From assembly GCA_030704615.1 (NCBI GenBank), contig CM060731.1, forward strand, positions 58,218,001-58,282,000: a stretch of DNA of 64,000 nt. Reading direction: 5' to 3'. This stretch comes from Takakia lepidozioides. Its lineage: Eukaryota > Plantae > Bryophyta. This document shows, one piece after another, positions 1 to 11,086 of the stretch (its first letter is position 1; the number at the start of each line of letters is the position of its first letter). Position numbers and translations under genes: made by a program. The notes under the pieces are model-generated. The model saw only the letters and a program-made list of their open reading frames with translations. It made no database searches and was not told the origin of the DNA.

Positions 1-3000
1 ATGTGTTATTTGTTCAAGAATTGACCCCCCGCCCTGGGGTTAAATTGTAGTTATAGGTAGGCTTTTCAGCCTAAGGTTCACCCATGTCACAAACTGGAAA
101 CAAGTTCAGGGATGTTTATTCCTAACTTATTTTTGTTCAAGCATTATTCATGCTTCCGACGTGGCTTTAGACACTTCAGCCTCCAAGTGAGCTTCATCCA
201 GCAGGGTCAGTTCTTCCTGCCCAAACTTCAGGTACTTGAAACATCTCCTCTACATTTTTCTGCCATGACTTAGCCTGTTTAACAGGACGGTCTTGCTTCC
301 AAGAAATAGAGTCTGTCATCTTAGGGTATCTGGTATTAGGCACTGAGCCCACCATCTGACCTTGAACTAACTCATGACTTTGAGAGCTCGAGGGTGGTGC
401 GCCAAACTCGCCTTGAACAGCCGCATTAGCTATTGTAGAGCACGCTGACATGCTCTCTTTGAGCACCGAAAGCTGAATGGATTTTAAAGTTTTAGGCATG
501 GTTGGAGTTGCTCTCCCACACGGCAATGCCTACTCCAAGGTAGGCCAACATGGTCGTTGTAACTTCAGTATTAATCCGTCTGCAGTGGAAACATTTGAGT
601 GAGAATATCCAAAGTTTGTGTTTAGTTGTTTGACCTGTTTTGTGTATGTTCATCACAGTTACAACTGGAGGAGAACTCCACAGCAAGATATGTGCTGGAA
701 GGGAGCACACAATGGTGGCATTTAATGATCGTGGGGAGGGATGAGGGGATCTGGCCTAATTTGGCCTACCATGCAGACTTGTGAACTGTTGTCGCTGGCT
801 GGTTTCAAGTGAGAGTGCATGCCCTTTTTTGTCAAGTTGCATTTGTATATGGCTTGTACCAAGTGTGGTCGTTGTTATAAAAGGGACGATATCAGCGAGG
901 CAGGGGAAGAGTCGCAGATGTAGCATAGGTAGCTGAATGTAAAGTTTGTCACACTGGTAGTGGGTACCAAGTCCAGTCTATTCAAACAGGTGAACAGACC
1001 CCTGAGTTTGTGTCACTTATCTTTGTTGTTATGACTTCAAACTACTCTCCAACGAGCTACCCTTTTTGTGTTATAGTGAGGGGGGCAAGTGGATCCCATT
1101 TTTGGAGACCTGGACAGTAACCTATTTTCTAGTGTGCAGAAGAAGGGCCCAACAGTGTGATTGTTGATTGCCAAGGAATTTTGAGTGTCTGTGTTGAAAA
1201 TGTTTGGTTTCTCTTACTGCCATGTTAGTCCTTGAAGAATTTGATTCCATCAGCTTGCTTGCATATGTTGTCGTATTTGTGGGGCTACTATTCAACAAGT
1301 TTCAGCTGTTTGTGCAGCTGATTTGCGGGATGGCAGGTGGCCTGCGGCTCTCCCTCACGCTACCTCCCACCACATCTTGCAAAAGCATTACAGGTGTGGC
1401 ACCCCCTTAGCTTTTGTGCAATCTGGTGTTCCCTACTCATATTTTCACTTTTATTGCGTACCTCATAGCCTAGGTGGGGTAGAGGGGTAGAGTAGTCTCT
1501 TGTTGTTGTAGCACGTGACAACCCAGCTCATCCTTGCGTACCTAATTACCTAAACTGAACCATGACGCTAGATTGAACTTGTCCCTTCTGTCAATCATTG
1601 GTTGGGATCGAAGAGGAATATGGCAATGCATATCATCAATATGTGAATGTTGATTCTCTGAAACTTCACCATGTGGGGGAATATAGAATTTGGAAACGTG
1701 TGGAAAGCAGGTTTGTCATCTATGTGGATCACTTGCACTTATTGAAGGCTGCACTTGCGTTAACCAGAGACGATCCAGACTTGGCCTCTGATTGAAAAGG
1801 TAATTTCATGTCAGAATTAGGTATTATGGTTGTCATGAAGCTGGAAATATCAGTAGGGTTTAGGGTTTGTTGGTTTGTTGTTTTGTTGGTTTGTTGGTTC
1901 TCATGAAGCTGGAAATGTCGGTAGGGTGTTGGTTTGTAGCTCCATCCTTGCCCCCTCATGTTGCTGTCTCCGTACATAACCAACCTGGAGTTGTAAAAAA
2001 CTAGTTTAATGGGAGTGTGGGGCTGGGAGTATGTAGGGCACTCAGGAAGCGGTTAAAAACAATGGTGCAGTCGGGGAGTAAGTTACAGAATTCACCTACG
2101 AATGGGAAGAGTTCCAATGCAGCATCTGAAGATACTATGGGCGAAAGAGGGGGGCACAAATCAGCAGATTACTTCAGGGATGTCCTCAAGCTGAATGCGA
2201 CAAGCAAGAATCCCAAACAACTTCTCTTAGACAAAGACATCACCAAAGAACAATGTGCAAAGTTGTTTGGACAACCTGCAAACAAGAATGGCTACTTTTA
2301 CATGGGTTGTACTGACAAGAGTATGATTCCCAAAATCGAGGACCTGTGGAGTAAGGTTCATGGGTATGATTGTAAGCCAACCGGTGGTATCATTGCAAAC
2401 TTGATGGCAAGGGGCATTGTCTATGAAAAAAGGACTAGACAAAAACTCAATTGGGCAGCATACGCAGCATGGACAGCTAAGCAACAAGAAAGAATGAAGG
2501 AGCATCGAGAAGCAAAGGACCCTGGCAGCACAGACAGTAAGCCAAAGCTAGGAGTTTGTGAAATTGAAAGACAGGCTACGCAAAACCCCAGGTAGAGGCA
2601 AAGAAGGACTGAAACAAATGCTTGAGCAAGTGATTGCAGAGATGGAAAGGAAAAAACATGAGCAAGAGTATGTGACAACTGCCCTAGTGAGTCTTCAGGA
2701 ACTACATGATCTGAAGTATGAGGAGATGTGTGGGGCAAATGAAGAGTTGGAGAGGTTAAAGAAAGGGAAGTTGGACTTGATGGAGAAGACGCGGACTGTT
2801 CGGGTGCAAATGGAAGACAGACAATGGTGTCTTGCAGAGTGTCGGAACAAGATTGCAGACCTAGAGGCCAAACTCTCCCACGAGGGTGCCACAATCCGAG
2901 CCGGGGAAGAGACCTTAATGCAAAAAGGGGAAGAGAGTGTTGGGTTACTGAATTGTGGAAAGAGAAGACAGTCTGAGATGCAAAGGGAATTTGACCAGAA

Positions 3001-3729
3001 GAAATCAATTGAAGCAGAATTTTGGCTCAATGCTGATAAGACCGAAAAAGAGTTCAATGCTTTGTGTGATGCAGGGGACCAGGAAGACAGGGACATTAGA
3101 GTGGCAGAGAATGTGGTCGATGTTGCTGACATAGAGAGGAGTCTTATGCAAGATCAGATTGAGGCCTTGACAAATGGGGACAAAGGACTCGCCATCTATC
3201 CTATGCCTATATGTCATCCTCAAGTGATCAAAGATAGTACGTCCATCAAGGATTTCCTGAAGGTCTCTCCTTGCCCTGTTTGCCACAAAGGTTTCCACTG
3301 TTGGGACATGGTGGTGGCATCTTGTAAGCACACTTACCATCTTGCTTGTATGGCATCCCATATGAAGACGTCAAATAGGTGTAGGGACTTCAGCTGTTCA
3401 GAGATCATGCATCCTGATTGGTGTTCTAGTTTTGGGTTTAGGATTCTTGACCCAGAGGTGCAGGCACTTGCGGAAAAGCTGAGAGTGGTTGAGATGCGCC
3501 AAAGGTGGATGACAAAGCAACTTCACGAAGCCAGGGTTAGAAACACCCAAGTTCCAGGTAAGATTGATTGCAACATTTCCATGTTTTCTTCTTCAGAAAA
3601 CTTGTGTGGTCCAAGGCTGTACCTCTTCATGTCCAATCCTCAGGACTGTAGTCCCAAGATTGGACCTTCAACCCCTTCAACTGACTATGAGTCTGAATGT
3701 GGGACTGCAAATGTTATTATTTGTCCTTT

Positions 3730-4110
3730 TAGTGGAGTGAATCCTTACTGGGGAGTCCTTATTGAGGAGTGTCATTCTTAAGTAGAATTCTAAGTCTTCA
3801 GTCATGTGGAGTGTGAGTCCAAGTGCTGACTCATGTGTATGAGTCGATGTGTTTAGTCATGGGGAGTGTGAGTCCACTTGCTGACTAATTACTGGGAGTA
3901 TGAGTCCTTAATGATTTCCACTGATTTCCAGTTTGGAATCAGAGTCATGTGGAGGGTCAGTCCATGTGCTTAATCATGTGGAGTGTGAGTCCAACTGCAA
4001 AATAATGGATGTGGAATGCGAGTCCTTATTGAGGAGCTTGCTTCTCAACTTGGAATCTGAGTCGTGGCCCAGATGGAGTGTGAGTCCTAATTAGGGAGTG
4101 TGAATCTTGC
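3730..4110. repeat. Degenerate minisatellite-like array of GGAGTGTGAGTCC motifs in and near the predicted intron
   Basis: About eight variants of ggagtgtgagtcc between ~3808 and ~4106 with irregular spacing. Confidence 0.7.
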
Positions 4111-5436
4111 TTGTAGTCCCACCATCAGCTGCATAGAACTTGGAAGTCTAATATGGGGACAAAAAGTCCATTATGATGGACTGTGCACTCTACACATAAT
4201 TATTGTAGTCCAACTGTTGGGACTTCGGCCAATGGTAAGGACTACAATGACTTGTCTGGACTCAAATTACAGTTAATGTTGTATTGGTAGACACTAGGCA
4301 CCAAGTGATAATTCAGCCTTCTCAAACCAGTTGTAATGGTGTACGTGTGATAGCAGATGATGGCTTCATTGATGCCAACAAATGAAGATCAGGACCTCCA
4401 TCTCAGGCCACCACCAACTATAGCGCATTCACCACCAACTACAGTGGAGGCCAAAGTGGACATGGTGGTAGTGCTGTGAACCAAAACTTCCCTCGAACTC
4501 CAAGCTCATCAACTCTTCAAATGTCACCTTTGGGGCTGTTGCGACCGGGGATCGTTGCACCAATTGTTGGTGATCCGTTGAACCCTGAGGTTGATGTCAC
4601 ACCTGATACCATCATGCAAGAGGTTTCAGCTTCAGGAAAGGGTTATGTCAAGAAGTTCCTCATTCCTGGTTCTCCACCAAAGAAGATTCCTGGATCTCCA
4701 CTGCAGGCTGCATTTGTTCCAGAGATTGTCACGACACATACGCTACAAAGTACACATGAAGATGTTGTGGACTTGACAATCCCATCCACTATTGTTCCTC
4801 CTTATGTGGATGTGAAGGTTGAAAGAGATGGTGCCCAAAATACTGGACATGTGGCAACCCTCTCATCAGACTCAGAATTGGGGTCACAGGGATTTGAAAC
4901 TGATGCTGGGGCTGACTCCCAATCTGATTCTGATACAGTTGTGTTGCACAGTACCATAGGTGGAGGCCCCTCACAAGTTTCAGATCCTATATTTCATGTC
5001 ACTCCACCAGTTGCTACCTCCCTTGTTGCTCTGCCAATATCCATTCCCGCAGTTCCAGCTCAATTTGATGGTGGTTCTCCATTACCTATGGTAGTATATG
5101 TACCTCATGCCTTAGCGACAACCCCTCCTATTCTTGGACCAGTGTTGAACCCCCCAGCTGCAGCCCTTGTCAGTCCACATGTTCAGGCAACAGGGAAGCG
5201 TAAACAAGAACGAAAGAGATCTCGCAAGGCATTGAGTGCAGAGTATGCAAAGAAGCCCACCACTAGGGCGGATTCTAAGGTATCAATTGACAAGGATATG
5301 GAGTAGTGCCCAGGTGAAAGTACCCCCTCATCAAAGAGATTTGTCGTGCACAAGCCCTTGGATACGAATGAAGACAACGATCTGAGCCACCATGATAAGA
5401 GTAATTCAATCCCACGGGACGGTGTTGTGAAGGCCG

Positions 5437-5547
5437 CTCGGGGCCCTGTTGTGAAGTCACTGAACACCGTGAAGACTCCTCCCAACTTGACCACTCGGGG
5501 GCCTGTTGTCAAGTCCCTTAATACTGTCAAGACCCCACCTAACTTGA
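5437..5547 (+). repeat. 57-bp tandem duplication encoding RGPVVKSLNTVKTPPNL twice
   Basis: Copies start at 5437 and 5494; the 17-aa peptide is identical while 10 third-codon positions differ. Confidence 0.85.
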
Positions 5548-7325
5548 AGATGGATGCAGGTTCTTCTGGTGCAGGCCCTAAGAAGAAGAAAAGAAAACAT
5601 ATCAACTAGGTACAAGCTGAGTACTGTACACTTATGCTTTTATCACTAATGTTAGAATAACTCTTGGTTGTTATTTTGCCAATTCATGCTCAAGTTTCTG
5701 ATGCAATTTAACTCCTCTATGCATGATATATAGGACATACATCTGGTATACGTCTAGTGCTGAATTATGAGACAGAAGTATAGTAAGATCTTGAGCATTG
5801 TGGGTGGCAATGCAGGGCATGGGACCCAAAAACAAAAACAAAAACATCAATATATTAATTAATAGCAGCAGTAGTAAGCTCAATAAATAAGGATAAGGGA
5901 GTGCAGGATACTAGGGTTGTGTCCGGGTGGTAAGCCACTCCTGTATTGGCCCCTGGGTCTGGGGTTTCAAATTTCAAACCCTTGTCATCTGTGTCATCTG
6001 TCTCTCTGCCTTCCTGCTTGGGCTCTGCCCCTGTAATGCCTCCATGATCACAAAGGCCTTTCTAAGGCGAAACTACGCAAAGGAGGGTTTTGATGCTTAG
6101 CACCCATACTGGCGATTATGTGGAGACAGGTGTAATGGGAGTATTTCATCCATATTTATAAATGAATGAAGTCTCTAGATGAATAGTTTTATGCATGCAG
6201 TAGGTTTGAAACTACTACTCCCAGCCAACGACAACGGGTGGCGGCTTGACGCTCCCGTGGAGGTGTACTCGTATGTACAGTGATGCAGAACCCCACAGTG
6301 AATTGTTTGCTGACAGTTGGTGGTGTTTGTCGTTATGCAGTGGTGTTGCCCTCTGAAGCTCGACAATTAACCTGGAGTGGAGTAACTTGCCGTAACTTGC
6401 TTGTGAGCTCTCTTGATAGTGCCAATTTTGCTGATCAGTTACTACGTCTAGACACACTGGAGGTCCAGAATTCATGGACTAACAGCCCTGAACTAAAATT
6501 ACCCCGAACGCAACAGTCCATCGTACAATCACTGATCTTATTAGTCCCTCAGATCATTGAGCAACATTGACTACCCAGACCACTTACACGCTCTGATTCT
6601 AAGCACGAGGCCTCCACAATAACAGCTGTTAGGATCATCAATGCGATGTTTCAGCAAGCTCTTTGAACCAAGCTCATACTTCCAGGTGTAGAGTGAGATT
6701 AGTTACGAAGGAAACAAAGACAGTGTTAGTCGATTAAGCTGTACATAGTGTGTGAGCAAGGACAAAGCTCCTGTGAATGCAGGAATAATAGGAATGCAGA
6801 AATTGCCGTGTGCATTACAGCACTGGAGGTGCAGTACACAAACAATACATTTATTCCACGCCCTCTTATAAGCCGTATACGTAAACGGGACGGTGCATAC
6901 AGCTGCATCCATCCCACAGAATTGCAATGCAAACTAGCCGCAAAAACTAAAGTTGATTTGATGAAAGTGTATGAAACAACGGTTCGCTGGTTCCAATCCG
7001 ATTCATATGCGTATTGTAGGAAAACAGCACTACAGAGTAATGACAACAAAGTCAAGGTAAAGAGCACTTTATCGTGAAGCACAAAGTACACACCAAGGTG
7101 CTCTCAGGACTCTACCGCAAGTACAAGATGCTCTCGACATATATTCCAAGCTATGAGATGCACGCCTATATACTTCATAGTGGTGAGGTAGGGCTTCATC
7201 AGCAGTGCGGGGCAACAGTCCACCTGCATGAGGAATTGCTCAGCTCGATTGCTACACTAGTCACGGTCGAGTTGGTAACCCTTATCTATAATATATGGAC
7301 TACTTCAATAGTAAGTGATTAGTAT

Positions 7326-8997
7326 CTAAAGACGAGATGTAACTCCAATTCGTATTGCCTCTTTAAACTTCTCCATAGCTCTCGGAGGCAGTCCAATCAC
7401 CACTTCCAAATTATCTTTTTTCCCCTCACCTCCATCTGTGAAGTAAACTATCCCGCGCGGCCCTCGAGTCAGAGGTCCATAGTAAAATGGCTTTCCCCAC
7501 CCAAAGTCAATCTCATAGATGGCCAATCGGGACCAGTCGGTAATCCCAAATGGGAAGTTGACAGAAGCTGGCATCTTCGACTTTAAGTCCTGAATGTAAT
7601 CAATTCCGGATCGCAAGTATTTGTCTGTGATTAAGGAAATCCCTTCTTGTAGAAGCCCCACTGCATAAGACAGAGGCTTGGATAGGAGCTCACCAGCTGT
7701 GGTCATAGCGCAAGCTGGATAAAGTGCGTTACCCATATAGTTGGACGGAACGGGCGGCACCAGCTTTGAACGCACATCAACTACCACGAGGAGTCTGGTT
7801 TTCTGGGATGGCTCCATTCCAAGTGCTTTCGTCCGTGCGCGCCACACATGGGCTGCGAGCGTCTCAAAAGTGGAGCACTTGCTCACACAATCCCCACGCT
7901 TTTCCAATACTTGTCGTCTTAACTCTGTGAGAGTTTCACGGGTGAAATAGAAAGAGTTGTATACGAAATCATCACCCAAGAGATCTTCTGGCAGATCCAT
8001 CATGTTCATAGTGTGGGAAGTCAATCTGAAGTGGAGATCGTGGGCGAAAGATTGTACGGTCCAAGAATGGAGCACTCAAAGGGCTACTGTCTCCACGCGC
8101 TACAGCAGCCCAAGCCCTTAGGAAGTGCATGACTGCGACGCCGTCCATAAACAAATGGTTAAGACTTAAGCCGAATGCGAACACACCTGAACCTTGTTAC
8201 CTGCAAGGACAGAGGGGGGGATTCAACCAAAACTTCACTGTTTCTGATTCAACTTGAGGACTCAGACATGCAGTATTGAGCATGTCCGACATACAATTGT
8301 GGCATATGATATCGAATCTACAAAACTAGTTGGGTCGTCGTGTATTTACGGAACCACCAATTGGACCTCATCAAGGGTGCAAGCATTTGAGGAAAGATGC
8401 ATTCATAATCTAGTATCCGTTAATCGTATTTAGGAACGTTTTAAAGCACTTACAGTGAGCAGGAAGTTTTAATCGGGCACTACATGCATATGTATGGCAA
8501 CCATAAAACACAAAATTTTGAGTTCAGTTATGGGTTACCTGAATAACCAACGCAGGGGTCACAAGTAGCTGATGCAATGGCTCCTGCTTCATTGCCTCTG
8601 GATCTAAGTAGACCAATTGCATCAATCTCGGATCGGGCTTGACAGACTCGGTACCTTTTTCCAACTCAGATATGGCGGCATCTGCCTCAGCTTCCACAAA
8701 CACGACCCCTTTGCCATTACAGTTGACTTGACGGTAATACGGTATAAGTACCTTGGAAAGCGCCTCTCTTATCACTTTTGCTACATTGTCATGTTTTTTG
8801 GTAGGATTGGCATGATACAAGAAAATAGCGTGTACAACCAGGGGCTGATCCAGGTTGGCAAGACGCCCCACACGATTTTGGGTAGGAACATCTACAGTTG
8901 GGTCTTTCAAGATCACTTGGAGCTTTGGCTCAGCTACGATACCCACACACACTCTCTTCAGGCTCGCCAGGTCCCGAGAAAAGGTCACCAAGTCCAT
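7326..8997 (-). pseudogene. BAHD acyltransferase (HXXXD/DFGWG family), disrupted
   Basis: Exon 1 ~8997-8539 (LANLDQ, EALSKVLIPYY, NCNGKGVVFVEA, VIQ). Conserved Q-intron 8538-8201. Exon 2 8200-7326 has VTRFRC, NHLFMDG (HXXXD), CSTFETLAAHVWRART and DFGWG. The usual PLAGRL segment is missing, and frameshifts occur at ~8183 and ~8010. Confidence 0.85.
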
Positions 8998-10429
8998 GAC
9001 CGAGGTCTGCTGTCACATTGTCCCTATTGTCCCGCGGCAGAGGTCCTTGTCCTCGCAGTAGACCCACGTCGGGACTTAGAATGTTTTCCACTTCCTGTCC
9101 CCTTATCCTGGCGTAGTCCCGTTATCCTTGGGACTTAGATTTTTCCAATTTCAAGAAGTCCTTATTTGACATCAACGTTGTTTGTTCTTCCCCAGGTTTG
9201 AGCATCAGACTTCCACCATCTCATTATTTGGGACTAGGGGACATCTGGGACAGGTGGCACGCTCCGCCGCGTCCACCTGGGGAGCACTAGAACAGACAAC
9301 AGACCTGCTTTGTGGGTGGCCGGGTAGGGTCTGGCTGGCTACCCGGTGCTTCAGAGGGCCCCACCATGCATGGGGCCAGAAGACACAATTATCTATAGTG
9401 CGAACTTAGCCTCGCAGATCAGGCTCTTTTGGACTGTTATTGGATAGTAAGTGTTAGCCAACACCAACTATAGGAATGCAATAGGAATAATGTAAGAACT
9501 TAATGGACGCACACGATTTGACGGTACTTTCGCCGGATTCCAGCAGCCTGGGCTCCTCCGGCATGGCCCTCTCTTACCTCGGTTTCACTATTAAATACTT
9601 AAGAATCCAAGTGGATTTCATACTGTGGCGGGTGGCGTGAAATTGCGAAGTATTGCGAAGTTCTAGATTCGATTCTTGATAGGAGGCTCTTGATAGGAGG
9701 CTCTTGTAGTGTAACCCCATATTAATACTCCAATCCGTGTAACCCTTTGTAACTCATCTAACCTCTAAGTTAGTCCATTTTATACTTAGCCACATTTGGA
9801 CTTAGTCAAGTTTCGAAATACATGTCGTCGTGTAACCCAATGTAACCCCAAGTGGAGTTACACACATCGTCGCGTAACCCAGTATAACCCCTGACTGGAG
9901 TTTACACTCCTTCAGTTCCATGTCACTCTCAAGAGAGGGTGGGGAAGATTTGACATGCCAGAAACCGGCATACCATCCTGTTATAAGTTCTTACATTATT
10001 TATATTATCTTCCCCAATTATACATGCCTTTTTTCTTTTTTCTTTTATGAAAACGGAGGGGCCCAATAGATTAAAAAGGTGAAAAAAATAACCACAAGGA
10101 GACCTACATGGGGGAGACTGCCCCATACATATGTCTGGTTTTGATTTGTAAGGTTTCCTTGGGGACTGTTTGTCCACAAAACCTCAGGACAAGATTTCCC
10201 CTCGATATTGACCCCATTACTCTTTCCCTCAGTCTTCAAAATACACAACTGCTCCTCGCGGATTATGGGACTGCTGCAGCCCTGCCGTGCTTTTGAGTGG
10301 GCAGCGTGGGCTACAACGGGCAGCAGGGCAGCCCCAGGATAAAGGCGTGCCCTGGGCGGGCGTTCCGCGATTCGAGGGTTGCCTTCCCCGGGCAGATGCG
10401 TGAAGCGCGTGATTCTTACCGGGAGTGCA

Positions 10430-10932
10430 GCACGTGAGGGAGAAAATCCGACACGTGTCCTTTCTTATATGACAAGCGCTCCTGCCAGGCTGTACAAGGC
10501 TCTATGATTGTACGAGCGAGCACGAGAAAGGGCAAGTGCTAAATCTGATCCCACTGCAGCTGTCACGTGCATCACAAGGCCTGTCCGCGTGGCGCCACGC
10601 TCACCCAAATGTAAACACGTCACCTACTTTTTGTTTGGTATTTATGGTGCCATTAAAAACCATAAATCTCAACCGGACCTTTCGCCGGGCAGAATTCTTT
10701 GCCTCGTCAATAGTCAGCTGGAAATACGCGCGGCCTAAGGTCCCGCCAGATTTTCTTTTACTCTTTTCTGTTGCCTTTCCAGTGCTGAGGCGACGTGGCA
10801 GTATAATACTCGCCTATGGGTAAAATTTAAGGCTGGCCCTTACGCAGTGGAGGGCATTCCCCTACGTAAGGTTCCCCGCCAAGGCCGCGGGTGCCATTCA
10901 CATGAATAAGTAATAAGTAATATATATATAGG
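10430..10932 (+). promoter_or_regulatory. Putative promoter of the HAD-like terpene cyclase with clustered G-box/ABRE motifs and a TATA-like run
   Basis: CACGTG at 10431, 10452 and 10564; ACGTGGC at 10793; TATATATATA at 10921-10930, ~160 nt upstream of ATG 11087. Confidence 0.4.
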
Positions 10933-11086
10933 GGTAAAGCCTCGACAATCTTCAACCTGTGCTTTACACTCGTTATGATGCCAATTTCACTACAAAACCT
11001 TGCGCCTTGCCAATCAACTACTTGAAGCCGTAGACAAGGTGTGACATCGGATCGAGTCGATCGCACGGGTGTGGCCTCCTTGCGTC

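Larger units (their letters stand above)
2062..5609 (+). pseudogene. Orphan two-exon gene (probably TE accessory): N-terminal domain, coiled coil, RING-H2, Pro-rich disordered region, basic C-terminal NLS; disrupted
   Basis: ATG at 2062. Frameshift near 2560-2590 into the coiled-coil ORF. RING-H2-like CPVC-x13-CKHTYHLAC-x10-CRDFSC at 3272-3397. Phase-1 donor at 3558 matches a phase-1 acceptor at 4356. Exon 2 has in-frame stops at 4383 (TGA) and 5304 (TAG) and ends PKKKKRKHIN* at 5609. Confidence 0.55.

Noticed and set aside
1855-1868. Interstitial telomere (also ~26004)
   Set aside because: Only about two TTTAGGG units; telo-box-sized, not an array
9002-9307. Small MITE upstream of the BAHD
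   Set aside because: Only a ~12-bp imperfect inverted repeat and no TSD
9435-9960. Solo LTR between the BAHD and the cyclase
   Set aside because: LTR-like composition and short internal tandem repeats, but no defensible TG..CA boundaries with a TSD
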